Source of the DNA: Patescibacteria group bacterium
GTDB taxonomy: Bacteria; Patescibacteriota; Minisyncoccia; HO2-45-28
Direction: 5' to 3'
NCBI GenBank assembly: GCA_022563755.1
Contig: JADFMT010000001.1
Coordinates: forward strand, 1 to 46,751
DNA length: 46,751 nucleotides
Of the stretch, positions 34,801-43,580 are shown piece by piece. The position numbers were made by a program, and so were the translations under genes. The number at the start of each line of letters is the position of its first letter. The stretch's first letter is position 1. Under the pieces are notes generated by a model that ran no database searches, was not told where the DNA came from, and was given only the letters and a program-made list of their open reading frames with translations.

Positions 34801-36768
34801 TTAGACGTTTTTAAGTATATCTCTTAATTTTGTGGCCTCTTCAAAACGGAGCTCCCTTGCGGCTTCAAGCATTTGGCGCTCAAGCTCTTGTTTAATACGC
34901 CGAGGATTTTTGAGTTTCCGTTGAAGATCTTTGAGTAAAGTGCTAAACGCATCTTCCTTGGTTTTCTCTTCAATCCAGAAAGGCGGGCGAATGGCTTTCG
35001 TGATTTGCTTGGGAGTTATGCCGTGTTTTTTATTGTATGCTTCTTGAATACTTCGCCGCCGCCCGGTCTCGTCGAGAGTCTTTTGAATTGAGTCAGTAAT
35101 TCGATCCGCATAAAGGATTGCGCGTGCATTTGGATGGCGCGCCGCGCGCCCAATAGTCTGAATCAAAGAGACCGTATTTCGCAGGAAGCCTTCTTTATCC
35201 GCATCTAAAATGGCAACTAGCGCGACCTCTGGCAGATCCAATCCTTCGCGCAAGAGATTAATGCCAATCAGTACATCAAACTCTCCTTCGCGCAGCTTTT
35301 GAAGCGTTTTTGAGCGTTCAAGAGTTTTAATCTCAGAATGCAAATACTCCGCTTTTATTCCTTTTTCTTTCAGGTATAGAGCAATGTCTTCGGCAAGGCG
35401 TTTCGTCAACGTTACCACTAACACGCGTTCACGAGCGTTAATGCTTTTTTGAATTTCAGTTTCAAGATTTTTGAGTTGATTTCTTGCGGGCCGAATTTCT
35501 ATTTTAGGATCCAAGAGGCCGGTTGGCCGTACCAATTGTTCGGCCACTCCAGAAGCGCCGCCCGACCGGTTGAGCTCATATGGACTGGGGGTGGCTGAGA
35601 TAAAAATCGTCTGGCCGGTTTTTTTGTCAAATTCTTCAAAGGTTAATGGTCGATTATCAAGGGCCGACGGGAGGCGAAATCCATAGTCTACCAATACCTG
35701 CTTTCGCGCCCGATCTCCGGCATACATTCCCCGGATTTGGGGAATAGACATATGCGATTCATCAATGAAAATTAAAGCATCTTTTGGTAGATAGTGGAGT
35801 AAGGTAAACGGAGCCTCGCCGGGCTTGCGACGCGAAAGGTGACGAGAGTAATTTTCAATGCCGGTTACGTAGCCGGTTTGGGTAAGCATTTCTATATCAA
35901 AACGGGTTCGTTGTTTCAAGCGCTCGGCTTCTAAAATTTTTCCTGCTTTTTTTAATTCTTTCACTCTTTCCTCCAGTTCCGATTTAATATTTTTGATGGC
36001 AATTTTCAGTGTATTTTTAGGAGCTACAAAATGTTTTGCAGGAAATATTTTTATATCCGGGACTGGGCACTTTGCATTTTGTAGAATATCATTTTTTATT
36101 TTTTCAATAGATTCGACTTTGTCTCCAAAAAATTCTATTTTGGTTATTGTTTCTCCATCCGGCGAGACTATTTCAATTACATCGCCTTTAACGCTAAATG
36201 TGCCGTGGAGTTTTTCTATATCATTGCGCTCATATTGCATTTCAGCCAAGTCTCCCAACAGCTCTTTTTGTTTTATAATCTGGCCTTCTTTTAATTCAAG
36301 TGCTACCCTTTCATATTCTTCAGGGTCGCCAATGCCATAGATACAAGAAACCGATGCGACAATAATAAGATCTCGCCGCGTTAAAGCGCTTTGGGTGGAT
36401 GCGTGACGCAGGCGATCAATAAAATCATTGATCTTTGCATCCTTTTCAATATAGGTATCGGTAGCCGGTAAATAGGCCTCAGGTTGGTAGTAGTCATAAT
36501 ACGAGACAAAATAGTGGACCGCATTTTTTGGAAAAAATTCTTTAAATTCTTGATAGAGCTGAGCTGCCAGGGTTTTATTATGCGAGATAACCAACGCGGG
36601 CCGGTTGACTCGGGCGATCACATTGGCCATGGTAAATGTCTTGCCTGATCCGGTAACGCCAAGCAAGGTTTGATATTTTTTATTCGCACGGAGGCCCGCT
36701 ACCAATTTTCTAGTGGCTTGCGGCTGATCTCCAGATAGGTTATAGGGACGGTGCAATTTAAAGCTCAT
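34801..36768 (-). CDS. uvrB: Excinuclease ABC subunit B
   Basis: GVTGSGKTFTMA, FIDESHMSIPQ, the beta-hairpin region YYDYYQPEAY, helicase motifs, and a C-terminal UVR domain (EEATKLRD). Confidence 0.95.
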   Translation of the reverse strand: MSFKLHRPYNLSGDQPQATRKLVAGLRANKKYQTLLGVTGSGKTFTMANVIARVNRPALVISHNKTLAAQLYQEFKEFFPKNAVHYFVSYYDYYQPEAYLPATDTYIEKDAKINDFIDRLRHASTQSALTRRDLIIVASVSCIYGIGDPEEYERVALELKEGQIIKQKELLGDLAEMQYERNDIEKLHGTFSVKGDVIEIVSPDGETITKIEFFGDKVESIEKIKNDILQNAKCPVPDIKIFPAKHFVAPKNTLKIAIKNIKSELEERVKELKKAGKILEAERLKQRTRFDIEMLTQTGYVTGIENYSRHLSRRKPGEAPFTLLHYLPKDALIFIDESHMSIPQIRGMYAGDRARKQVLVDYGFRLPSALDNRPLTFEEFDKKTGQTIFISATPSPYELNRSGGASGVAEQLVRPTGLLDPKIEIRPARNQLKNLETEIQKSINARERVLVVTLTKRLAEDIALYLKEKGIKAEYLHSEIKTLERSKTLQKLREGEFDVLIGINLLREGLDLPEVALVAILDADKEGFLRNTVSLIQTIGRAARHPNARAILYADRITDSIQKTLDETGRRRSIQEAYNKKHGITPKQITKAIRPPFWIEEKTKEDAFSTLLKDLQRKLKNPRRIKQELERQMLEAARELRFEEATKLRDILKNV

Positions 36769-36791
36769 GATATATAATGTAAAGAAATAAC

Positions 36792-37367
36792 ATGATTATC
36801 TCTTTAGAGGGAAAAATTACATTCCGGGCTGAGCGCTTTTTAATTCTTGAAGCGAACCACATTGGGTATAAGGTATTTGTGGGGCCTGAGACGCTACGAA
36901 AGATACCACAAAATCAAGAAACGGTCAAAATATTTACGAGCGCTTATCAGCGTGAAGATGCAGCAGAGCTTTACGGTTTTTTAACACTCGCCGAGCTTCA
37001 TCTTTTTGAAGCATTAAACGGCGTTTCTGGAGTGGGTCCTCGAACCTCGCTTGCGGTTTTAGGGGTTGCGCCTCTAGACATGCTCAAAAGAGCCATTGGG
37101 GCAGGCGAGACGAGTTATTTAACCAAGGTGTCTGGTATTGGTAGAAAAGTTGCTGAGAAAATCATCCTTGAGCTTCGAGAAAAAATGGGCGCGGTGACAG
37201 AGAAAGGAGAGGGGCTTCAGCAAGAAGAAGACGCGCTCGATGCTCTGCGATCGCTAGGATATTCGCCGAGAGAGGCGCGCGAAGCTCTAGCTAGAACACC
37301 TGTCGAAGTAGAAGGAGTTGAGAAACGAATCAAGGCCGCACTCATGATCTTAGGGAAAACGAAATAA
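36792..37367 (+). CDS. ruvA: Holliday junction DNA-binding protein RuvA
   Basis: MIISLEGKI...GYKVFV, HhH motifs LNGVSGVGPRTSLAVL and LTKVSGIGRKVAEKII, and C-terminal domain III ALRSLGYSPREAREAL. Confidence 0.85.
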   Translation: MIISLEGKITFRAERFLILEANHIGYKVFVGPETLRKIPQNQETVKIFTSAYQREDAAELYGFLTLAELHLFEALNGVSGVGPRTSLAVLGVAPLDMLKRAIGAGETSYLTKVSGIGRKVAEKIILELREKMGAVTEKGEGLQQEEDALDALRSLGYSPREAREALARTPVEVEGVEKRIKAALMILGKTK

Positions 37368-37370
37368 CCA

Positions 37371-38639
37371 ATGCCTGTTTTTTTAAAACGAATTGTTCCG
37401 CGGTCCATCGTTCGATTTTTCGGGCCAGCTTATCATTGGGCACTAGCCCGATTGGCTGCCTATTGGTACGGCTATCCTTCGCGCGGCATGACGGTTATTG
37501 GTATTACCGGAACAAACGGCAAATCGACCGTGGTTGAACTTTCGGCGCGTATTTTAGAAGAAGCAAGATTCCGAGTAGCCTCGGTTTCGTCAATCCGATT
37601 TAAAATCATGAATGAGTGGTGGCCAAATGATTTGAAAATGACCATGCCGGGTAGATTTTTTCTTCAGCGTTTTTTGGCTCGCGCAAAAAGAAAAGGTGCT
37701 ACCCATGTGGTTCTGGAAGTTACCTCCCAGGGCATTAAACAATTTCGTCATCGTGGAATTGAATGGGATGTTCTTTTGCTAACCAATATTACTCGGGAGC
37801 ATATTGAAGCTCACGGTTCATTTGAAAAATATCAAAAAACGAAAGAAAAAGTTTTTGAACAACTTATAAAAACCTACCGAAAAAAAGAAATACCGAAGAT
37901 CATCATTGTTAATGAAGATGACAAACATGCCCTGGAATTTTTAAAATATAATGCCGACAAAAAACTAAAGTATTCACTCAAAAACATAGATTATATTCTT
38001 GAGAAAGATGGCATAAAAATCACGATAGAGGATATAGTCATTAAGACAAAATTGTCGGGAAGGTTTAATATATATAATATTATGGCAGCCATTACCCTCG
38101 CACGTAGTTTGAATATTGGTTGGGAAGAGATCCAGCGAGCTATTTCTAAAATTGATTCCATACCAGGACGTTTTGAATTTATACAACACGAACCGTTTAC
38201 GGTTGTAGTAGATTATGCTCACACTCCAGATGCGCTTCGCAAGGTTTACGAGGCATTAAAAAATAACAATCTTATTTGTGTATTAGGAGCAGCCGGCGGA
38301 GGACGAGATAAATGGAAGAGAAGGGAATTAGGTCAAATTGCAGATGAATTTTGTAAAGAGATAATTTTGACGAATGAAGATCCTTATGATGAAGACCCAA
38401 ACCAGATTTTATCGGAAATAGAATCCGGGATTTCTGCTAAACCCGTTCTAAAAATTTTAGACAGAGAAGAGGCGATTAAAAAAGCTATTTTGAATGTTCG
38501 GTCGGGAGACGCCGTTATTATTACCGGTAAAGGTTCGGAGTCGTGGATGATGGGTCCGAGGGGTACCAAGCTACCGTGGGATGATCGCAACATTACGCGA
38601 GAAGTTCTAAAAGCTAGAGACGAAGCTTATGGGTTATGA
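37371..38639 (+). CDS. murE: Mur ligase, MurE-like (UDP-MurNAc-L-Ala-D-Glu:diamino acid ligase)
   Basis: IGITGTNGKSTV P-loop, LEVTSQG, NITREHIEAH, VVDYAHTPDAL and TNEDPYDEDP. The stop overlaps the archease start. Confidence 0.65.
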   Translation: MPVFLKRIVPRSIVRFFGPAYHWALARLAAYWYGYPSRGMTVIGITGTNGKSTVVELSARILEEARFRVASVSSIRFKIMNEWWPNDLKMTMPGRFFLQRFLARAKRKGATHVVLEVTSQGIKQFRHRGIEWDVLLLTNITREHIEAHGSFEKYQKTKEKVFEQLIKTYRKKEIPKIIIVNEDDKHALEFLKYNADKKLKYSLKNIDYILEKDGIKITIEDIVIKTKLSGRFNIYNIMAAITLARSLNIGWEEIQRAISKIDSIPGRFEFIQHEPFTVVVDYAHTPDALRKVYEALKNNNLICVLGAAGGGRDKWKRRELGQIADEFCKEIILTNEDPYDEDPNQILSEIESGISAKPVLKILDREEAIKKAILNVRSGDAVIITGKGSESWMMGPRGTKLPWDDRNITREVLKARDEAYGL

Positions 38640-39033
38640 GGTAATTGGACACACGGCCGATATTCGATTAAAAGTCTGGGGCCTGACAGAGAAAGAGCTT
38701 TTTCGAGACGCTCTTTTAGGAATGATGAACCTTATTAAACCACTTGGACGTGGAATGTCCAAGTCAAGAAGAGTCGTAAAAATAGAAGCTGGGGACCAAA
38801 CCGCGCTTTTGGTGGATTTTTTAAATGAGGCGCTTTACCAATCACATACGAAAAAAGAAATATATGATGAAGTGAAATTTAATCAGTTGACAGATAAGAA
38901 TTTAGAAGCCGAACTTATAGGATTCCCAGTTGATGAATTTGATGAAGATATTAAGGCCGTCACCTATCACGAGGCAGAAATCAAAAAGCGCCCGGATGGG
39001 CAATTCGAGACGACGTTAATTTTTGATATTTAA
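38629..39033 (+). CDS. Archease (RtcB activator/chaperone family)
   Basis: 134 aa. The N-terminus YEVIGHTADIRLKVWG and C-terminal KAVTYHEAEIKK are the archease hallmark blocks. Confidence 0.8.
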   Translation: MGYEVIGHTADIRLKVWGLTEKELFRDALLGMMNLIKPLGRGMSKSRRVVKIEAGDQTALLVDFLNEALYQSHTKKEIYDEVKFNQLTDKNLEAELIGFPVDEFDEDIKAVTYHEAEIKKRPDGQFETTLIFDI

Positions 39034-39134
39034 TTATGTCCCGTAATGCAATGTCAAAAGATAATCCCGCCCAGTATAAAATAACACTATGTATATAAAA
39101 CATTATTTAAGTCATTGTTTATTAATTATTCCTA

Positions 39135-39186
39135 CTGCGGATTACCCCGTAAGGCAATTGCAATTGCTTTACGGGGATTATCGCAG
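39135..39186 (+). promoter_or_regulatory. 52-nt imperfect palindrome/hairpin just upstream of rtcB
   Basis: ctgcg-gatta-ccccgtaaggcaattg | caattgctttacgggg-attat-cgcag. 5 + 16 paired positions (one G-U in the upper stem) flank a symmetric 4x4 AUUA/AUUA internal loop closed by one further G-U pair. The apex is gcaattgcaattgc. Confidence 0.6.
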
Positions 39187-39212
39187 GCGGATTTGATATT
39201 GCTTTACGAGGT

Positions 39213-40652
39213 ATGCAGATCTCCGATTTTAAAAAAATCAATGATTGGTTGTGGGAGATTCCAATCCGCCGGCTGGCGGACGGTATTGACATGAAGGTTC
39301 CTGCGCGTATTTATGCAAGTGAGGTGATGCTTAAGGATATTCTTCAAGATCGCTCAATTGAGCAGATTATAAACGTGGCCACCATGCCCGGTATTTATAA
39401 GTATGCCTTAGCGATGCCGGATATCCACGAAGGTTATGGGTTCCCGATCGGCGGAGTTGCAGCCATGGACGTTGAGAAGGGATTGATTTCACCTGGAGGA
39501 ATTGGTTACGACATCAATTGCGGCGTAAGACTTTTGCGCTCTCGCTTAGAATTTAAAGATGTTAAATCACACCTTGAGTCACTTGGACGAGCTATTTTTA
39601 AAGAGGTTCCTTCGGGCGTTGGGCGTGGAGGTTGGTTAAAACTTAAGGATTCTGAGTTAGATGAGGTTTTAAAAAATGGAGTAAGCGAGATGCAAAAACG
39701 TGGATATACAAGGCCAGAAGATATCGGGCACACAGAATCAAACGGGACACTGCCAGAGGCAGATCCGAGCTGTGTCTCAAGCCATGCAAAAAATCGTGGT
39801 CGCGATCAGCTGGGCACCCTGGGAGCCGGCAATCATTTTGTAGAGATCGGAATAGTAGAGCGCATTTTTGATGACGTTTCTGCCAAAACCCTTGGTTTGT
39901 TTGAAAATCAAGTAACCGTTCTAATTCATACAGGTTCGCGTGGTCTGGGGCATCAAATCGCAACGGATTATATTCGGATCATGATGAAAGCCATGCCAAA
40001 ATACGGCATCAATCTTCCGGATCGAGAATTGGCAGCCGTACCCTTTCAGTCCGAGGAGGGTCAGAATTATTTTCGCGCGATGCAAGCGGGTGCCAACTTT
40101 GCCTGGTCAAATCGTCAATTGATTACCTGGGAAGTGCGTAATGCCTGGCAAGGAGTTTTAGGCGATTCGGGAGGCTCTTTAGAGCTAATCTATGACGTCT
40201 CGCACAACCTTGCAAAACTCGAAGAGTACGATGGCAAAAAATTTGTAATACATCGAAAGGGCGCTACCCGTGCTTTTGGTAAAGGTCATCCCGAACTGAC
40301 AGAAGATTACCGTAATATTGGGCAGCCGGTTTTGATCCCTGGTAGCATGGGTACTGGATCTTATGTTTTAGTGGGGCTTGGGCAAGCCATGAAGGAGAGC
40401 TTTGGGTCAAGTTGCCACGGCGCAGGGCGTAGAATGTCGCGAACCCAGGCGCGAAGAGAAATAAAAGGCGATGTTTTGGAAAAAGAATTAATGAGTAAAG
40501 GAATTATAGTTAATGCCGGTTCACGCCGAAGACTAACCGAAGAAGCGCCTGGGGCCTATAAAGATATTGATAAGGTCGTAGATATAGTCCATAATGCCGG
40601 TATTGCAAAAAAGGTTGTTCGCTTAAAACCAATTGTGGTTATTAAAGGATAA
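39213..40652 (+). CDS. rtcB: RNA 3'-phosphate/2',3'-cyclic phosphate ligase RtcB
   Basis: MPDIHEGYGFPIGGV, GGIGYDINCGVR, GAGNHFVEI, HTGSRGLGHQIA, SSCHGAGR and APGAYKD. 479 aa with no insertion. Confidence 0.9.
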   Translation: MQISDFKKINDWLWEIPIRRLADGIDMKVPARIYASEVMLKDILQDRSIEQIINVATMPGIYKYALAMPDIHEGYGFPIGGVAAMDVEKGLISPGGIGYDINCGVRLLRSRLEFKDVKSHLESLGRAIFKEVPSGVGRGGWLKLKDSELDEVLKNGVSEMQKRGYTRPEDIGHTESNGTLPEADPSCVSSHAKNRGRDQLGTLGAGNHFVEIGIVERIFDDVSAKTLGLFENQVTVLIHTGSRGLGHQIATDYIRIMMKAMPKYGINLPDRELAAVPFQSEEGQNYFRAMQAGANFAWSNRQLITWEVRNAWQGVLGDSGGSLELIYDVSHNLAKLEEYDGKKFVIHRKGATRAFGKGHPELTEDYRNIGQPVLIPGSMGTGSYVLVGLGQAMKESFGSSCHGAGRRMSRTQARREIKGDVLEKELMSKGIIVNAGSRRRLTEEAPGAYKDIDKVVDIVHNAGIAKKVVRLKPIVVIKG

Positions 40653-40676
40653 TCCAACGAGGTTTGTAAATTCAAT

Positions 40677-40820
40677 ATGACAAAACAGTTTCCCAAATCC
40701 ATTCGTAAGTTTTTACGTACCCAAAAAGCCAAAATTCGGCGGAAATTTTTTGATACGCGAACGCAAGAGGAAGAAATTAAAAAACTCTACCAAAAAATTG
40801 GCAGAGCTCAGAGAAAATAG
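40677..40820 (+). CDS. Possible 47-aa basic micro-protein downstream of rtcB (below ORF-track cutoff)
   Basis: Hand translation gives MTKQFPKSIRKFLRTQKAKIRRKFFDTRTQEEEIKKLYQKIGRAQRK. GAGG lies about 10 nt upstream, and the ORF starts 24 nt after the rtcB stop. Confidence 0.35.
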   Translation: MTKQFPKSIRKFLRTQKAKIRRKFFDTRTQEEEIKKLYQKIGRAQRK

Positions 40821-40831
40821 ATTTGATTAAT

Positions 40832-41656
40832 TCAATAAGAAATCTCTGTAATTAAATGCAAATTTTTGTCAAGAAGTTTGATCGTTTCGCGAGTATTAGA
40901 CCAAATTGCTTCAGATTGTTCAAGGTAAACTCGCCATTCTTTCGCAAAAAATCCCAACCCATCTTTATGATTTCGGACACAGCCCGCATACGTAAGATTG
41001 CTGCTGATAAATTCTTGGCATTGATTATTCACACTTAACGGTATATCGGCAAGAAGCGTTCGGCATTGAGGGAGCGTTCGTACGTAATCAAAACATGCGT
41101 CATTGACAGCACGTATACCCGGTTCTTTTATTGGATTGAAACACGATTGCGAAAGAGAAGGGATAAACTCCTTGAATTGATTAAAATATCCCATACATTG
41201 ATTAAGACGGAAACTCACGCTGATGGGGCTTTTGCCGGAAACAATGATTGCTTTTGCGCCGGGCTCAAGCAAAATCTGGCCAACCGGGTTTACCCGCGAG
41301 AGAAAAGCTAAAGGAGCGCTTTGAGGAATAATCCAGTGTGCTCCTTTTCTATTCTCCAGCCGCCATCCCGTGATATTGACCGCTTTTTTATTGGAAAAAG
41401 AAGCTCGAATTTCAATATATTCTTTCTTCGGATCGTCTGTCGAGCGAGCCGTTCGGCGCGATATGTTTATCTTAAATGTTTCATTCTCTTCTGCGGGGAG
41501 GACGGTCGGTATTGAGTCGGCTGATGGCGTAGATGAATCAGCGGGAATCGTTGGCAGTGTCGGGGCTTTCAGAGTTAAAAAACCGCTTTGCGCCAGCCAT
41601 ATAAAACCGACAACAAGCACTAATATAAGGAAAATAATTAAGCCAACATCTTTCAT
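40832..41656 (-). CDS. TM-anchored protein with lamin-tail-domain (LTD)-like segment
   Basis: N-terminal anchor VGLIIFLILVLVVGFIWLA. KKEYIEIRASFSNKKAVNITGWRLEN resembles the LTD core (EYIEL.N....v.l.GW.L). Several Cys residues in the C-terminal half. Confidence 0.4.
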   Translation of the reverse strand: MKDVGLIIFLILVLVVGFIWLAQSGFLTLKAPTLPTIPADSSTPSADSIPTVLPAEENETFKINISRRTARSTDDPKKEYIEIRASFSNKKAVNITGWRLENRKGAHWIIPQSAPLAFLSRVNPVGQILLEPGAKAIIVSGKSPISVSFRLNQCMGYFNQFKEFIPSLSQSCFNPIKEPGIRAVNDACFDYVRTLPQCRTLLADIPLSVNNQCQEFISSNLTYAGCVRNHKDGLGFFAKEWRVYLEQSEAIWSNTRETIKLLDKNLHLITEISY

Positions 41657-41706
41657 GGGGTAAAGATAGTATAGTCAAAAGAACGGTAGTTTGCTATAGT
41701 TAAGGC

Positions 41707-42363
41707 ATGGCAGAGAAAGTTTCTTTGAGAACCGCAGACGGAGTGAACGTTGTGGGCGATCATTATAAGGGCCCATCCGGAAGCCCGGCTGTGTTGCTTT
41801 TGCATATGATGCCATCGGTTCGCAAAAGTTGGGTTGAGTTCGCTGAAAAGTTAAATCAAGCAGGTTTTGGAGCGCTTGCGATTGATCTTCGAGGCCACGG
41901 TGAATCAGAGGGCGGGCCCGATGGATGGCGCAATTTTTCTGATAGCGAGCACCAAAAAAGCATTGAAGACGTAAAAGCAGGACTTGAATTTCAAAAGAAA
42001 GAAGGGCATGGCGCATTATCGATTGCGGGTGCGTCCATTGGAGCAAATTTGGCGCTTGAGTATCTTGCAGAATCGGGAGAAGCTATAAAAACAATTCTGT
42101 TGTCTCCAGGACTCAATTATAAAGGTATTGAAACACTTCCGTTAGCTCAAATGGTTAAGCCTGAACGAACAGTCTATGTTGTTGCTGCTCGGGACGATAC
42201 ACGCTCGGGTGGCCCGGCTGATCAGATGGCTCGTGAGATTTACGATGCATTACCGTGCAAAAAAGAGATTAAAATTTTTGAGGAAGGCGGGCACGGAACA
42301 GATATATTGAATGCGCATCCTGAAATTATAGACGAGCTTACCCGCTGGCTAAAAAGCGCTTAA
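41707..42363 (+). CDS. Alpha/beta-fold hydrolase
   Basis: HG-type oxyanion stretch VLLLHMMP, nucleophile elbow GASIGAN (GxSxG), a late Asp (ARDD) and His (GGHGTD). Confidence 0.6.
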   Translation: MAEKVSLRTADGVNVVGDHYKGPSGSPAVLLLHMMPSVRKSWVEFAEKLNQAGFGALAIDLRGHGESEGGPDGWRNFSDSEHQKSIEDVKAGLEFQKKEGHGALSIAGASIGANLALEYLAESGEAIKTILLSPGLNYKGIETLPLAQMVKPERTVYVVAARDDTRSGGPADQMAREIYDALPCKKEIKIFEEGGHGTDILNAHPEIIDELTRWLKSA

Positions 42364-42407
42364 TTTTATAAAAGGTCGTTTTTAGTTAAAGCTGTACAAA
42401 TCATATT

Positions 42408-42809
42408 ATGCCAAGTTTATTTCCGGGATTATTTGTCCTTGCCAACTTTGTACCACTGATTATCCGCCTTTTCTTGGGGCTGCTTTTTATCGCGCATGGA
42501 TACCCAAAACTTTTTAAGAGTTTCAATCAAACGGTTGGGTTTTTTGAATCGGTTGGGATCAAGCCAGCAAAATTTTGGGTTTTTGTAGTCGGGGTGGTTG
42601 AATTTTTTGGCGGTATTGCGCTCTTGATTGGATTTGCAACCCAGTTTGTAGCACTCCTGATTGCAATTGAGATGTTGGTCGCGATTATCGTGGTGAAGTT
42701 TAAAAAGGGATTTGTGGGCGGCTACGAGCTTGATTTGGCACTTCTGGTTATGGCGATCTCGCTGGTCTTTTTAGGGGCGGGCGCCTACGCATTTGATCTG
42801 CCGTTTTAA
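42408..42809 (+). CDS. DoxX-family membrane protein
   Basis: 133 aa with 4 TM helices. RLFLGLLFIAHGYPKLF is the DoxX signature region. Confidence 0.7.
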   Translation: MPSLFPGLFVLANFVPLIIRLFLGLLFIAHGYPKLFKSFNQTVGFFESVGIKPAKFWVFVVGVVEFFGGIALLIGFATQFVALLIAIEMLVAIIVVKFKKGFVGGYELDLALLVMAISLVFLGAGAYAFDLPF

Positions 42810-42815
42810 AGGAAT

Positions 42816-42853
42816 TTGCTCAAAAATTGGAGCCGTAAGGTGAGCAATTTTTT
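42816..42853 (+). terminator. Hairpin plus T6 after the DoxX gene
   Basis: ttgctca (42816-22) pairs with tgagcaa (42841-47), followed by tttttt. The loop is large (18 nt). Confidence 0.35.
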
Positions 42854-42868
42854 ATTGCAAAATCTTTA

Positions 42869-42905
42869 CCGAGCACATAAATTTTAAAAAAATTTATGTG
42901 CTCGG
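42869..42905. terminator. 17-bp A/T-rich perfect hairpin in the DoxX/exonuclease spacer
   Basis: ccgagcacataaatttt (42869-85), loop aaa, aaaatttatgtgctcgg (42889-905). Confidence 0.4.
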
Positions 42906-42956
42906 TGCTCATAATTTAAAAAAACTTGTTCGCTTCGCTCTAAAATTTTAAAAATT

Positions 42957-43544
42957 ATGGCAGATACGATTGTTTTTGATATTGAAACAAAAAAAGAATT
43001 TTCTGAAGTGGGCGGCCGCAATTTCCCCCAACGTTTGGGAGTCGCGGTCCTTGCAGCCTATTCCTATCTTAAGAATGACTACGTCGTTTTTGAAGAACAT
43101 GAGCTTAAAGAATTTGAGCGTATGCTTGAGAAAACCGGTCTCTTGATCGGTTTTAATATTAAATCCTTTGATATACCCGTTTTACAACCGTATGTATCTT
43201 TAAACCTCACCCAAATTCCCATGCTTGACTTAATGGACGCTGTTATCTCAGGCGCGGGTTTTCGGGTCAGTCTCGACAACTTAAGCCGCACGACTTTGGG
43301 AACCTCGAAAAGTGCGGACGGACTTACGGCTCTTGAGTGGTTTCGCGAAGGCAGAGTTCAAGACGTTAAGGATTATTGCCGAAAGGATGTTGAGATAACC
43401 AAAAGGCTTTATGAATTTGGTAAAGAACACGGCCATGTAAAATTTGTTTCTCGCCGCGGCGTGGATGAAGTAACGATTTCTGTGGCGTGGGCAGATCATG
43501 TTCCTGCGGGTGCGTCAAAGGATCGCCAGGCTCGATTGATTTAA
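42957..43544 (+). CDS. DEDDy-type 3'-5' exonuclease-like (RNase H fold) protein
   Basis: Exo I VFDIETKK, Exo II IGFNIKSFDIPVL, Exo III YCRKDVEITKRLY. Confidence 0.55.
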   Translation: MADTIVFDIETKKEFSEVGGRNFPQRLGVAVLAAYSYLKNDYVVFEEHELKEFERMLEKTGLLIGFNIKSFDIPVLQPYVSLNLTQIPMLDLMDAVISGAGFRVSLDNLSRTTLGTSKSADGLTALEWFREGRVQDVKDYCRKDVEITKRLYEFGKEHGHVKFVSRRGVDEVTISVAWADHVPAGASKDRQARLI

Positions 43545-43580
43545 TTAGCATTTGGATTTATAGTGCGTAAATACTCCTAT

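Noticed and set aside
30021-40652. Inteins inserted in polA, uvrB, dnaN or rtcB (prompted by the Hint domain found at 4890)
   Set aside because: All these proteins have normal lengths and contiguous motif spacing. No Cys/Ser...HN insertion module was seen.
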